A stretch of 56,226 nucleotides of DNA, the filler included, from Dugesia japonica (lineage: Eukaryota): the NCBI GenBank assembly GCA_001938525.1. It is 5 parts of 5 records of this genome, joined end to end, with 100 filler letters (N's around TTAATTAATTAA, not from the genome) between each part and the next. Parts side by side here need not be neighbours in the genome. Positions count along the whole stretch, not along the records: positions 1 to 11,042 come from MQRL01642758.1; positions 11,143 to 24,840 come from MQRL01576829.1; 3 more parts are not named here. One strand, given 5' to 3'. Made by a program: the position numbers and the translations under genes. The first letter of the stretch is position 1, and every line of letters starts with the position of its first letter. Positions 1 to 12,270 of the stretch are shown piece after piece. The notes beneath the pieces are model-generated. The model saw nothing but the letters and a program-made list of their open reading frames with translations, was not told the origin of the DNA and ran no database searches.

Positions 1-835
1 TTATAATAGGCAGCATATCAAATGTAAAGTGGTAACAGATAAAGCTAATTACTTGGTAAAGTTGGAATTTTCTAGTTACAAAAGCAATGAAATTTTTTTA
101 ACTACTGAGAGTAGTGATTTTACAATTCCGGATAATATGCCAATTGGTATTTACAAAGTTACTTGTCTAGTTTCTTACATGCATTTAGTACATACTAAAG
201 ACCAAAAATATATTATTCTTGGTTAACTTGATATGTTTTTATAATAAATTAAGTTTTGATTTATAGTAAAGCCTACTAAACTGTATATATCCCCAACAGA
301 AATTAAGCTGAATGAAAGAATTCACTGTTACCCATATCCTGATTTTGTTCCGACAGATGTTTCAGAAATTAAAGTTATCGTGAATTGGACAGTTGAAATT
401 GATACGGATATTACTGAATTTTTCAATTTTAAACCTTATGTAATAGAAGATACTTATTTAAGAATTAAAGAAGAGGGATCGTTTGGAGTATATGAAGCGT
501 ATTGTAAAGTTATAGTTCATATTTTTTCTCATGTTTACAACTTAGACGGACATTTCACTTTTAAAGTAACAGGTTATTTTATCACTATTCTAATAAGTTT
601 AGTTTTAATTAAATATTTAACAGGTTTTAGTAAACCTATAATCATGGAAAAACAGCATAAAGTGCCGTTATTCTTTTTCTTATATGTTACTACAATGATA
701 CTTATATCACACTATGTTGTTTGCTATATGACTGCCTTTGAAAAAACTTTGAAAAGAATTCATGATATGGAATTATTAGTTATTTTGGAATCAATTCAAG
801 TTGTTCAAAAAGAGAAAATGAAAAAGGTTCTTTAA
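1..835 (+). CDS. 3' part of a spliced gene for a single-pass membrane protein with Ig-like domains (exons <1-221, 267-572, 624-835)
   Basis: GT-AG introns 222-266 (45 bp) and 573-623 (51 bp), both phase 1, join the ORFs in frame: ...HIKCKV...GIYKVTCLVS...^VKPTKLYISPTEIKLNERIHCYPYP...VNW...GVYEAYCKV...^...VPLFFFLYVTTMILISHYVVCYM (TM) plus a short tail. C..W..YxxxC spacing and phase-1 domain borders are Ig-like. Confidence 0.65.
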
Positions 836-1057
836 ATAATTATTTGAAAATGATTAATTTAAGATTTGTAATTGCATCAATAGATCTGCATATATTTAAA
901 AGTTTTTTTTCAAAAAAATTTAAATATGGTTTGTGAGAATAGAATTAGACAGTTAAATTTTTTGACATGAAATTTTTCGACTGAAATGTTTTAGTCTAAG
1001 TGGTTTAATTTTTTAAATTTGATGAATTTAAAAATAAATATATTATTAATATCATTA

Positions 1058-1124
1058 TTTTATACAATTATTGTGAGAATAATTGTTGGACTTAACCATT
1101 ATTCGCATTTGAGATTTCATTAAA
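1058..1124 (-). repeat. Copy of the short hammerhead-associated repeat (3' portion; runs into N gap)
   Basis: tacaattattgtgagaataattgttggacttaaccatt..cgcatttgagatttcattaaa matches the copies at 45383, 47721 and 51171. Confidence 0.85.
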
Positions 1125-1821
1125 NNNNNNNNNNNNNNNNNNNNNNNNNNNNNNNNNNNNNNNNNNNNNNNNNNNNNNNNNNNNNNNNNNNNNNNNNNNN
1201 NNNNNNNNNNNNNNNNNNNNNNNNNNNNNNNNNNNNNNNNNNNNNNNNNNNNNNNNCACAATAGATCTTTGTTACTCAATTCTTTAGATCTTATTGGATT
1301 TTTATTGGTTTATTTTAATTATGAATTTTTATTTTTAAATTAACTCTTAAAAATTTTAAATATTTTTTTTAAATTAAATTGAAAAGTTTTTTAAATGTTC
1401 AATTTTTAAGTTGTGTTTTCATATAATGTTCATATAATAGTGATTTTTAAAAACATTTTATTCGATTACAATTTTTACATATAAGAAATTTTGAAAAATG
1501 TTTTTCAAGTATTATATTATAATTAAAATTTTTAAAATTTTGTATTATTTTTAAAAATTTTTTNNNNNNNNNNNNNNNNNNNNNNNNNNNNNNNNNNNNN
1601 NNNNNNNNNNNNNNNNNNNNNNNNNNNNNNNNNNNNNNNNNNNNNNNNNNNNNNNNNNNNNNNNNNNNNNNNNNNNNNNNNNNNNNNNNNNNNNNNNNNN
1701 NNNNNNNNNNNNNNNNNNNNNNNNNNNNNNNNNNNNNNNNNNNNNNNNNNNNNNNNNNNNNNNNNNNNNNNNNNNNNNNNNNNNNNNNNNNNNNNNNNNN
1801 NNNNNNNNNNNNNTTTTTTAG

Positions 1822-2140
1822 AACATATTATTTATTGATATTGATATAAACTTCTTTTGAAAATTTTTTAATTATTGTAATTGTTGAACACCACATTAGT
1901 CTGACGTTTATCCTCTTTAATTAATATTATTTTCTTTAAATAAATATCACAGTAACATTACTCGTAATTTAAACGTGCAATATTTGATTTTATTCAAAAA
2001 TCCTAGAGATCAGTCTGTTGTTGATTTTCTAGCAAGACAAGCATATCCAAATAACAGGCAATCTCTTTATTAAATCATTTCAAGATGCCACAGAAAAACC
2101 ACATGGATATCTATTTCTTGACTTTACACAACAATGTCCA
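1822..2140 (+). pseudogene. Polinton A32/FtsK-like packaging ATPase, C-terminal remnant
   Basis: Reads NILFIDID (degenerate Walker B), HHISLTFIL, NLNVQYLILFKNPRDQSVVDFLARQAYPNN, then after a frameshift FQDATEKPHGYLFLDFTQ. Matches the Maverick ATPase pattern LNxxYxxLFKNPRD..LARQxYP..DATxxPxGYLxxD. Confidence 0.88.
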
Positions 2141-2492
2141 NNNNNNNNNNNNNNNNNNNNNNNNNNNNNNNNNNNNNNNNNNNNNNNNNNNNNNNNNNNN
2201 NNNNNNNNNNNNNNNNNNNNNNNNNNNNNNNNNNNNNNNNNNNNNNNNNNNNNNNNNNNNNNNNNNNNNNNNNNNNNNNNNNNNNCTAAAACGTCAAAAA
2301 ATATTTTTTGAGAAGAAAATGTATGGAAAAATGAAGAAACAATCGCATAAGAAATCTCATATAAATAAGAAGCAACGATTAAAAAAAAGGAATATATTTA
2401 AAAAACTTGCAAAAAAAAGTGGAAAGAAGCTGAGAATAATGAACGGAAAAACTATAAACAAATAAATAGTATAAATTATTTTAATAAATAAA

Positions 2493-2812
2493 GATGAAAT
2501 TACAAAGAAGCATTATGTTTTTACAGCTTTGATTAAATCATCAAAACCTTTTAAAATGAGAATTTTTCATCATTTCCACCATATGTTATAGATGATTTAC
2601 TTGAGATCATTATAAATATTGTTTGCGGTAATGTAGATTTGAGTGCAGCTAAAAATTAAACATTGAAAAAACAAAAAAAAACTTTATTAACGCTTGTATA
2701 CACAAAAAATAGAAATAGAATGAGACTAGTAATGAGCAATCAAGGAGGTAACTGTTTAGCAGCATTGTTACCAATTGCATTAGCTGCATTAGGCTTAACT
2801 CATTTCAAATAA
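2493..2812 (+). pseudogene. Small basic Polinton virion-core-like protein ending in QxGG plus an amphipathic helix
   Basis: VIDDLLEIIINIVCGNVDLS..*TLKKQKKTLLTLV...SNQGGNCLAALLPIALAALG resembles the conserved Polinton small ORF (NxLxGNVxL...HKxxLxxL...QxGGFLxxLLP). One frameshift and one stop. Confidence 0.7.
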
Positions 2813-2943
2813 ACAATGGTTGACTTTATAGCAGTATTATTAATAATTACACTAGACTTAATTCAAATGAACAATGGGTAAATTGCAATCATTACCTAAT
2901 TTTGAAATGAAATTTCCATCGAATTGACGAAACGGAGACAAAA

Positions 2944-3329
2944 ATGAAAACAATATAGACAAATCCAAAAACCCAGCATGTTTTCAAAGCGTAGAAAGGA
3001 TGATGAAATCAGCTCAAAAATCGAAAAGAAAGACAAAAAATAGTTATTGAGTTAACTAGCGTACAGTCTGAGCAAACCAATATTGAAAAACTAATATAAC
3101 AAAATCATATGGTATTTATGATTTATGCCTAATGGAGATGATTTTATGTACACAAATTAATAAAGATTACAAGTATTTTTTTATATTTATCGTTGTATTC
3201 AATAGATTTGTAAGAACTGCTACGTTTTTATCAAAGGAACTGAAATAAACAATACTATATAAACTGGTATGGATACGAAAACTAAGTTGGATATAAGAAT
3301 CACAAATAGTCAATCAAGACGAAATTCAA
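2944..3329 (+). pseudogene. Polinton retroviral-type integrase remnant with most of the catalytic core deleted
   Basis: N-terminal TNPKNPACFQSVERM, AYSLSKP, GIYDLC and NKDYKYFFIFIVVFNRF are joined almost directly to a chromodomain-end-like SWI*ESQI. These match YxPxxPxSF, AYTLHKP, GIDDLWQ, NKGYKYILTVIDVFSK and NSWI of Maverick integrases. Confidence 0.75.
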
Positions 3330-4276
3330 ATGAAATCAAATAATTTCTTTACAATTTTACCTAATAATAGTAATCCATTAGTTCATCCAAATAATACTGC
3401 TAGTAATTACATTGCTGAGCTTCAAAATCCAATTTACATGGATAGTAGTTGTGAAGTTGCAATGATGGATTTCACCTTTGTATATTCAGCCATGCCGATT
3501 TACAGTCAGTCTAGGATTGATTATGAATTAATTAAACTAATTGAGAAGGAACTAACAATTTTTGTTAACCATAAAGAAAATAAAGTTCTTTTAATTGTTA
3601 CTAGTAAAGACAAATATCAAAATAATATGGAAACACTTATACAATTAAAGAACGAAAATATGATATTTTTTAGTAGTTTTATTTAATTCCATAGTTTATC
3701 ATTTGATACTTTAGAAATATCGGAAAGATTTTCGTACGATGGAGCTTAAGTAACACAAACGGGTAATATTGTAAATCTTGATACTAGTAAACATATTGGT
3801 GATTAAACTTTTACTATTCGCTTTCATACATTTAAAAACTATGATTCCGTTGAACAAAGCCGTATTAAATATTAGTATGCCATTGTATTTATACATTATT
3901 TTTAATTTGAAACCGATTTGTATATAAAGGATTTAATACAACTAAATGATTATATTAAGAAAAACCTTTCAATGTTATTTAAAACGTTTTCATTGAAGCA
4001 AAATGACCTATTTAAATTTGCATTGTCAAATAAAACTAAAAGTTTGAAAAGAATCTTAAGATTCGATAGAATCTTAACAAAATCATTAGGATTAAAAAAT
4101 CACAATATTCTCCATTAAATTTTGGTGATGAACAACTACAATATGAAAGTATCAAGAAACCAAAGATTTCATATGTAAACAATATAGAAATCAATATACA
4201 TGATGATAGGGAAAACTATTCAATTTTGCTGAAGACTCAAAAACTCATTTAACGTTACATTTTAGAAACGTTAATA
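3330..4276 (+). pseudogene. Polinton minor capsid protein (penton), frameshifted
   Basis: N-terminus FFTILPNNSNPLVHPNNTASNYIAELQNPIYMDSSCEVAM and C-terminus NIEINIHDDR...THLTLHFR match the penton pattern FYxTLPSNSS..PxNT..F..L..PI.L...EV and IEIxIxDD..xTLHFR. Confidence 0.85.
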
Positions 4277-4720
4277 ATGAATCCTGATATTGTATCATTG
4301 TATAGTACAAGTCAAGCAGTTGGACAATTACCTTACTTTCTTGGAAAACAGTATGGATTTGGTTGGTTACGAACAATAGGTAGATTTGCTTTGCCTATTC
4401 TTAGACGCATTGGTTCTTTTGGTATGAGAACTGCTCAAGATGTACTAGGTAATGATGGAAAAATACTACCAATTTTTATATCTAATGTATTAGCAGAACT
4501 TGGAAATGTAGTTTCTTCCTTACTTAGTGGAGTAACCAGTATGATTTCAAAAGTAGCAAGCATATTACCACAAAGTATAACAAATAAAATACCGTCTGAA
4601 ATAAGCAATATGATAAAAAATCAGCACAAAGCACAACCAACTAATAAAAAACGTAAAAAAACACATGCATTGCGTATAAACAAACGAATGAGAGCACATG
4701 GAACAATATTTGGAAAATGA
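4277..4720 (+). CDS. Polinton PZ/pX-like core protein (intact 147-aa ORF)
   Basis: SQAVGQLPYFLGKQYGFGWLRTIGRFALPILRRIG matches Q.G..LP.F.G..Q.GxG..x..R.ALP.L. It has a basic C-terminus ending TIFGK, and its stop overlaps the capsid start (ATGA). Confidence 0.8.
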   Translation: MNPDIVSLYSTSQAVGQLPYFLGKQYGFGWLRTIGRFALPILRRIGSFGMRTAQDVLGNDGKILPIFISNVLAELGNVVSSLLSGVTSMISKVASILPQSITNKIPSEISNMIKNQHKAQPTNKKRKKTHALRINKRMRAHGTIFGK

Positions 4721-5878
4721 TTTGTGTTAAAACTGAATTATGTATTTTTGATCAACCACCTCCACAATTTATAATTGGAAGTGGTACTTTTAAAGATGTT
4801 TTTCCAATGAATTTGATTTCAGAATCACAAAGTGATGTAGAGTTCTTTATAAATGGATCTCAAACAAATATTTGGATTTGAATGACACTTTATTGTATAT
4901 TAAAGTGACGGTAGTTAATAAGGATGATAAAGATTTGACTGACACTCATGATGCGGTTCCTAATAATTATATGCTGCATATACTTTTTAAGGATGTTTAA
5001 TAATTTCAAAATTGAAAGTGGAAATAGATCTTATCTTCACAAAGCATTAACTGAAACTATAATAAATTATAACGGGGTTAGTAAGAATATCTGTCTTCAG
5101 CAATGGAATATAGTACGGAAACCGATAGAAAAAAGTCTATTAAAATATCAAAACAATTATCTCTTTTTGACTCATTGCAACTTAATTTCATGGATCAATT
5201 GAAATATTTTATTCCAAGTGTCATATTCGATTGAAAAGAGCATCATCTAAGATTTGTTTGGAATCTACAGCCAACGAACCTAAATATGTTTTACTAGATG
5301 CCAAATTAATAGTTAGACGTGTACGTGTTGAACCCTTAGTACTAGCTGCTCATCAATTTGGACTAAAAAGGCAAAATGCTATTTATCCGATAAGAACCAA
5401 AGAGGTTCTTGCATTTGTACTTAGTAAAGATAGTTCATCGTTTTATAAGGAAGAAATCTTTGGTGATCATCGATTACCTAGATTTATTCTGGTTACATTT
5501 CAAAGAGATGAACAATATAATGGTAGTTATAAAATCTCGACTTCAGCATTTCAAAATCTAGATGCTGTTTCTGTTTCCTGAATATCAAGAAATATATACT
5601 CAAGATTTTACAAAGCATCATTATGCCACAACATATATGCAATCTATAGTAAGAAATATGGGTTATTTGGATAAGAATATTAATTGTGGAATAACACTTA
5701 CTGATTTTAAGAATAATTATCTCTTTTTTTATATAAATCAGAGTCAATTACCTCAACAAGGAAATTTGAGATTGAATATTAAGTTTGCAAAGCTTTGACA
5801 TCATCAGCATATGTTCTCATTTATGGAGTATTTGAAAAATAAATTCAAATTTAAGACAATGGAACAGTATTGGTGTAA
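4717..5878 (+). pseudogene. Polinton major capsid protein (double jelly-roll hexon), frameshifted
   Basis: MICVKTELCIFDQPPPQ...VEFFINGSQ..YLDLNDTLLYIK...AIYPIRTKEV...IFGDHRLPRFILV...YNGSY...GNLRLNIKFA...VLIYGVFE. These are conserved Maverick MCP blocks (CxKSELDLF..PP.Q, YIDL.NT.L, A.YP, G.LRL..KF). Confidence 0.9.
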
Positions 5879-6885
5879 ACAGTCTTATGTATTCTTGAAA
5901 TAATTTCAATAAAGTAAGAGTTATTGTTTAATTTATTAGTTCTATTCATATTGAACGGAGTGCATCAATGTTTCTTGGATCAGCATATTTAAGAAAACAA
6001 TACCTTAATCGTCAATACTCATACAAAAAATCTATGTGGAAAAAATTAGATTGCTGTTTTACAATAAAATTCGATATCAAGATTCATTTACTGTTTATTA
6101 AAAAGATGCAACATTACAGATAAAATATTTATTTGCATGTAATTGTAGTATACAAAATATATGTTTTATTGACCAAAAAAATCTTTTTCATTTATTTTTC
6201 TTTACTGAGACGATAGAAAGATATTAATTTTCTATAATCCCATGTTATAATAAATTATTTTATGGAAATAAAAAGAAGTATTATTCTAATCTATTTATTA
6301 AACAATAAAGCAAAAATAATAATTACATCAATTCCGTCTAAACAAATAAAATAACGAATAGAGTTACAACAAAAAATTTAATTCTCTTTTAGCTCTTCAA
6401 TTCTTTCTTAATTTTGTCGATGAATATTGATCGGACAATGAGTTCAACATAGTCATGTTTACTCAAAAGATTATTGTTAATCCAGCTTAGGAATTGAATT
6501 TCGTCAACGGATCCACTGGTAATTGCATCTGACAATTTTTTAATTTCTTTTCCACTTGATTCATTTTGTCAATGGATCCATTAGTAATTGCATCTGGCAT
6601 TTTTAAATTTCTCTTTTTACATAATTCATATTTGATAATTATTTTGAATTGTAAAAGTGATTAATTTCACGAAAGCCACTCATTATATCCTCGTTACTAT
6701 ACATACTCGTTATTTTTTTAAATTTCTATGTTACCTGTTTAAAAGGAAATTATTAGTTGATATTTTTTATGATTGGTCATTTTGATACAAGTGACATCAT
6801 TCGCTATTTTTCGTTAAAATTGATATGATTTGTTAACGGATTTATAAGACTTGATTTTAATGACATTTTATTGTTTTTCAAAAAA

Positions 6886-7354
6886 ATGTCTATGTTTAGA
6901 AATTTATCGATGTTCAAACCAAGAGATGAACAAAATGAAAAAATTATGGAAGATATCCGGAATAGAAAATTAGAGGAAAATTAGAAGATCATATAGAATA
7001 AGAAATATCAACAGAAAACATCAATCATGAAGAACCAATACCTAATTATAACAAACTGGAAGTAAGTTATGAACATTAGGAACCAGTTAAAGATATTTTG
7101 GAGTTAAAAGATCATTTTTATGGTGAGAAATTTAATTAACAATAATTTATTTAATTTAATTTTTAGAACTATACACTCAAATAATGAATGAACGTTTTCC
7201 AGAATTTGTAGAATGCAATAATATGAATTCAGAACAATATTGGCGTCATGTTTTGATAACAACAAGCATTGATATTTATGAGCTTATAGATGATTTCATT
7301 TTAGAATTGGAAATGGAGTTTGGACATAACAGTAAAAAATTAAAAAGAAATTAA
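6886..7354 (+). pseudogene. Spliced acidic accessory gene of unknown function, next to the Polinton terminus
   Basis: ATG at 6886; a 44-bp phase-1 intron 7123-7166 (GTGAG...TTTTAG) joins ...LKDHFY to an open exon ELYTQIMNERFPEFVEC...EFGHNSKKLKRN*. Exon 1 has two stops and a frameshift. Confidence 0.5.
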
Positions 7355-7477
7355 AAAAATTTCAAAAGTTTTAAAAAAGATTTTCAAAAGAAAAGAAAAT
7401 AAAAAAAGAAAAAAAAATTAACTATCGAAAAATCTGATCTGATCATTTATATCTGAATCGATCAAAATTCTTAAATC

Positions 7478-7732
7478 CAAGATGGCTAGTAACGTATACA
7501 GTTGATGTAAGCACACAAACACAATGATCCTGACTAAAAAAATATTTTGTTTTAATCAATCGCAAAAATAAAAATAAACTTTAAATTTCCCGCCAAAATA
7601 TTTACATATTAAAACAAAACTACATATTCCTGCAACCAATCAATCAAATTAAACTCAAATTCAGACACCCCGCGCCCAGGGAGGGGATGCGCGATAACAC
7701 TTTTGTGTTTGCACTCACATCTACCTACTGCT
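7478..7732. promoter_or_regulatory. Probable Polinton terminal inverted repeat containing YY1, E2F, CCAAT and GC-rich motifs
   Basis: CAAGATGGC 7478-7486, TTTCCCGCCAAAA 7586-7598, CCAAT 7636-7640, GC-rich patch 7667-7693, imperfect internal inverted repeat 7504-7524/7703-7721, terminus at 7732. Confidence 0.55.
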
Positions 7733-8865
7733 TCATCGTACATTAATTGAATTTTGCTTTTTAATTAATTTAAGTCGTGTAACATCGTGAGTTCTTCACT
7801 CCTTTATCGACATTTTTGTCTTTTGTTGACACAATGTCAATGAACAAAAACATGGGCTTATATTTTTAATTTTTGTTAGGACAAACTTATTCCTGTTAAT
7901 TTTATTTAATGGACAATATTCCCCAACGTAAAAAGGTAGAAACTAAAAATAGAGTCTTAATAAATATGAAATTATTATTATATTATCCGCAGTATTATAT
8001 TATTTTGTTTTTTTCATTATATCCATTCTTTTCAGATGATTTTTTTTATTCTGTTAAAACCATCATTTTATTCTCTTGAGATCAACATTCATTATTTTGT
8101 TAGATTGAAATACAAAATTAATCTACCAAATAGTTAATTTAACAAATAACAAACAGAAATTATCGAAGAGTTTAAGTCCAAGAATTATACGACAGAAATA
8201 TAAATTTAAATACATACATATTATTTGATTCATTTTGATTATATCCCTAATAATTTTGAAAACATTATTTTATTTTTAGTGTATTATTTTATTCCATCAA
8301 AAGCGTTATTATACTTCTGAACATTATTTCAAGTGTTATTTTATTTTGATAGTTTATTTTTTAATTAAAATAATTTGTTATTTAAAAAAAAAGTAACACT
8401 TGAAATAATGTTCAGAAGTAGAGTAACACAGCATTGCATTATTCCGTTAATGGTGTTATTTTATTCAGTTGAACCCATCATTTATTCTGTTGAAAACATT
8501 ATTCTTTATTCCGTTCAAAATATTATTCATTCTGTTTTGGATATTATTATATTTTGTTGAACGTTTGAGAGAACTTGAAAATAAAATTAAATCACAAAAT
8601 TTGTCGATTTATTTGAATAATGTTTTTCTTTTTATAATGATTTGCTACTTTGTCTATTTGATGATTCATCTGCTTTAAATAAATAAAACTAATTCCATAA
8701 ATGCATCACGAGATATATAATTACGATAATTTATAGTAGTATTCTTATTTACTAGCTTATTATTTCAAGTTAGATTTTCTGGATTTTTCGTTGATTATCT
8801 ATTCAATGAGTTTGTTATATATATATATATATATATACGCTATTCATTTAAAATAATTTATTTAG

Positions 8866-9027
8866 GCATATAGAAAATATAACTTTAGCCATGATTCTTT
8901 ATCAAAATATATTTACAATCAAATTTCGAAAATCATCATAGAAAAAAAACGGCTATTTGTTAATAGAGTTTCCAAGTCACTGACATTCGATCATTCAATT
9001 TTGAACTCATTAGCAATTTCATCACCT
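8866..9027 (+). CDS. Isolated candidate host exon (54 codons, unknown product)
   Basis: tttAG acceptor, open frame AYRKYNFSHDSLSKYIYNQ...LAISSP, GTAAGT donor, length a multiple of 3. Confidence 0.35.
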
Positions 9028-9675
9028 GTAAGTATTTAATTTTAATTATTTGTTATACTTTTATTAATACTTTGCATTTGAACTTCTCTATGAAATATGG
9101 CTAATAGTTCAACTAAATTATTTTTAAATTCTAAACATGATACCATCGGATATTATGTCGACCTCTGAAAGAATTGAATGTTCTCGTTTGTATTCAACCT
9201 CGAGGCCGTAGTTTTTTTTCAAATTGATCTGTAACCGGTAGGTTTTTATTATTTAAATAGAGAAATATTTTACCTTTTACTGTTTTACTTTATCCTTTAA
9301 TGAGCGTTTCTCAACATTTTCATTGCCAACATTAGTAGAAATAAAAATTATTTAACATGAACTTGTGAAGTTAATTAAATTAATTATAATGATTATAGAT
9401 ATTATTTTATTAATTATAAGTCATCAAATTTATTTATCACGTGTTCTCGTGATGGCGTTTATCTGTCTGTACTTTTTTATATGTTCTCTTATCAAGGAAA
9501 ATATTTTGAATTTATGTGGTATTTATGAGTATTATTACTTTTTAAATTGAAAATAAATTAATGTTTCAATGTGAATTTTTCTTAATTAAATTTATTTCAT
9601 TGAAAAAATAAATGTTATAATAACAGAACCTTTTCATGTAAATCGGTTAAAATTAAACCTCTCTTGAATTAATAT

Positions 9676-11042
9676 CAGAGGCGTAGCTAGTGTGTTTGGC
9701 GCCCAGGGACAAGATTCATATTTTGCGCTTCCACCCACTGAAAAATTAAGAGTAACGTAATCCAATGTAATGGCTACAAAATAATTTCCTGTCGCTCCCC
9801 GTCCTTTCTTTAAAAAAATTTTTTATAATCCAAAATAAAAATAACATTTTAATTAAAGTAAAAATTGAACTAACTACGGAAGAACACACATAATATGCAA
9901 TAGTTTATGAAAATTATAGTTTATTAATGACAAAACAGAGTAGTTAAGGAAAGTTATAGTTTAGTACACACAAAAAATAGCAAGTTTATGAAATTAATAG
10001 TTTACTACTCACAGAAAAGAGACTTTTCTTGCCTTGTGGAAAGCAAATCGTGAAATTAAGTCATGCATATCTAAATTATCTAGGATTTCATGTTCAATTG
10101 AAATTATTGATATATTACTTGGACGTTCCTGGAGCATAGTTGATCTTAAATAATTTTTAATTATCCTTAATTTTGAAAACGATCTTNCACCTGTTGCGAC
10201 NGAGTTTGGTAATGTTAATAAAATTCTGGTCACAATAAATATATTTTGGAATGTTGCCTGAAGATCATTTTGTAAAATATATGATAATATATATTGAGGT
10301 TTAATATCTTCTTCTTTTAAAAATACCATTATAGTTTTTATCTCTTCGAATTAATCAATTCCATCAATATCGGACTCATTTCTTTGTTCGTCAGTTAATT
10401 TCAAATGCAAATCTTTGCAGCTTTGGAAAAGTATTTCCTCTGTTTCATCTTTAATATTATACATAAATTCAAATATATCATACAATTTTAGCGCTTCGAA
10501 GCTTGTTGTAATTGATACTAATGCTTGGTCTATAATGCAGAAATAAAAGTTAATTTTAAAATTTGCTTTTGGATCTAATATTGATTCATCCTTGCCTTCA
10601 TAATCAAAATTTGTGGGTTTTGTTCTTATTCTTAAACTTGTAACTTCTGGAAATTTAGGTTCTACGTGTAATTTTTTGGCTAATTCACTAGCTGATGTAA
10701 GCATTTTTTCAAATCCATTATCATTACGACAATTTTAAAAAGCTCCATTAAATAATCTAACGCGGTAACGCTTCTCTTGATATCGGTGTTTGGGTTCTGT
10801 AATATCTGACTAACAACATTAATTTTCATCAAAATTTCATGCCGAATAACAATGGAACATAAATAACGATAACTTGATATTTTTAGTGAAAGTAAATTTG
10901 CCACGTCTGGTTTTAAAGTCAATCAGTTGATCATTTGATATTTCAAGAAGAAATTTATATATTTGTTTAGTATGATACCTTAGTGGTTGGATGGCATCAA
11001 TTCTACTTGACCACCTTGTATCGCTCAGGGGTTTTAATTTTA
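9676..11042 (-). mobile_element. hAT transposon (ZMYM1-like transposase), 3' part, truncated at the linker
   Basis: Terminal CAGAGGCGTAGCTAG at 9676. Minus-strand LKPLSDTRWSSRIDA and the hAT dimerisation block RILLTLPNxVATGxRSFSKLRIIKNYLRSTMLQER, with frameshifts. Confidence 0.9.
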
Positions 11043-11142
11043 NNNNNNNNNNNNNNNNNNNNNNNNNNNNNNNNNNNNNNNNNNNNTTAATTAATTAANN
11101 NNNNNNNNNNNNNNNNNNNNNNNNNNNNNNNNNNNNNNNNNN
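11043..11142. other. Artificial 100-bp contig linker
   Basis: 44 N + TTAATTAATTAA (stops in all six frames) + 44 N. Confidence 0.95.
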
Positions 11143-12153
11143 ACTTGTGTACATTTATTTTTTCTTTTTAATGCGAATTATATCAAAATATAAATTTGTT
11201 AAAATTTCTATTAGAAAATAATGTAAGAAATATTTAATAATTGGTTTATTTTAATGTTTTATCTATGGTAATATTATCTTAAAAAATTCAACCTTTTTAC
11301 TATATACTTTGAGCATTATATGAAAAAATATTATTTTAATAAACAAACGTATATCAACATCAAAGAAGAAATTTAAAGATAAATAAAGAATTCTATTTAT
11401 TATCTATTGTGAAATAAATTGTTATTTTATTTCTTTACTGTTAAACGAAATATTTTTTCTACTAAAATTTGAATTCAAATAGTTTAATAAAACGACAATA
11501 GAAAAAAAACCAAACAAAATTAATTTATTCTTTACTAAAAATATTACAATTTCAATTTTTTAACTGTAGTGATAATCCATAAAAAATAATGAAAATAATT
11601 TCACTTAATATTTTTTATTGTTTGTAAAATATTTATTTTTACTTAAATTATCACTGATATGACATATCTTTTGACAATTGATATTCGATGATGATTCTTT
11701 CTGAAATAACCGTAAATAAAATCAATATCCATTCATGCATAAATATCATTCCATTTCATCGGTGTCATTATCTAATTTTTCTTCATTGAAAATAAATGAA
11801 ATTCGATATAATTCACTTATTTATTTTTAATCTTAATAATTTTAATAATAATTTTTTAGTAATCATTTTTATAATTCAATAGTTTTTTATATTGCGTGTT
11901 TTGTTTCGATTCCTGTTTCTGATTTTTTTATGATGAACCATTTAATTCTGGAAGCCATTCAACTATGAGCAAATTTTCTCATCACGTTTTATTATTTTTA
12001 NNNNNNNNNNNNNNNNNNNNNNNNNNNNNNNNNNNNNNNNNNNNNNNNNNNNNNNNNNNNNNNNNNNNNNNNNNNNNNNNNNNNNNNNNNNNNNNNNNNN
12101 NNNNNNNNNNNNNNNNNNNNNNNNNNNNNNNNNNNNNNNNNNNNNNNNNNNNN

Positions 12154-12206
<53 letters not shown>

Positions 12207-12270
12207 GTTATATTATTATTATTATTAATGTTAATATTATAATTATCATTTAAATTTTATATATTTACAG

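Larger units (their letters stand above)
1822..7732 (+). mobile_element. Decayed Polinton/Maverick (adintovirus-like) endogenous element, right-hand portion
   Basis: Co-oriented pseudogenes for packaging ATPase, QxGG core protein, integrase, minor capsid, PZ-like protein and major capsid, followed by a terminus ending ...ctacctactgct (reverse complement AGCAGTAGGTAG, like AGTAGT termini). No pPolB or protease recognised. Confidence 0.9.

Noticed and set aside
5880-6260. Possible Polinton cysteine protease after the capsid gene
   Set aside because: No recognisable HW, FDS or QxxxSxxCG motifs.
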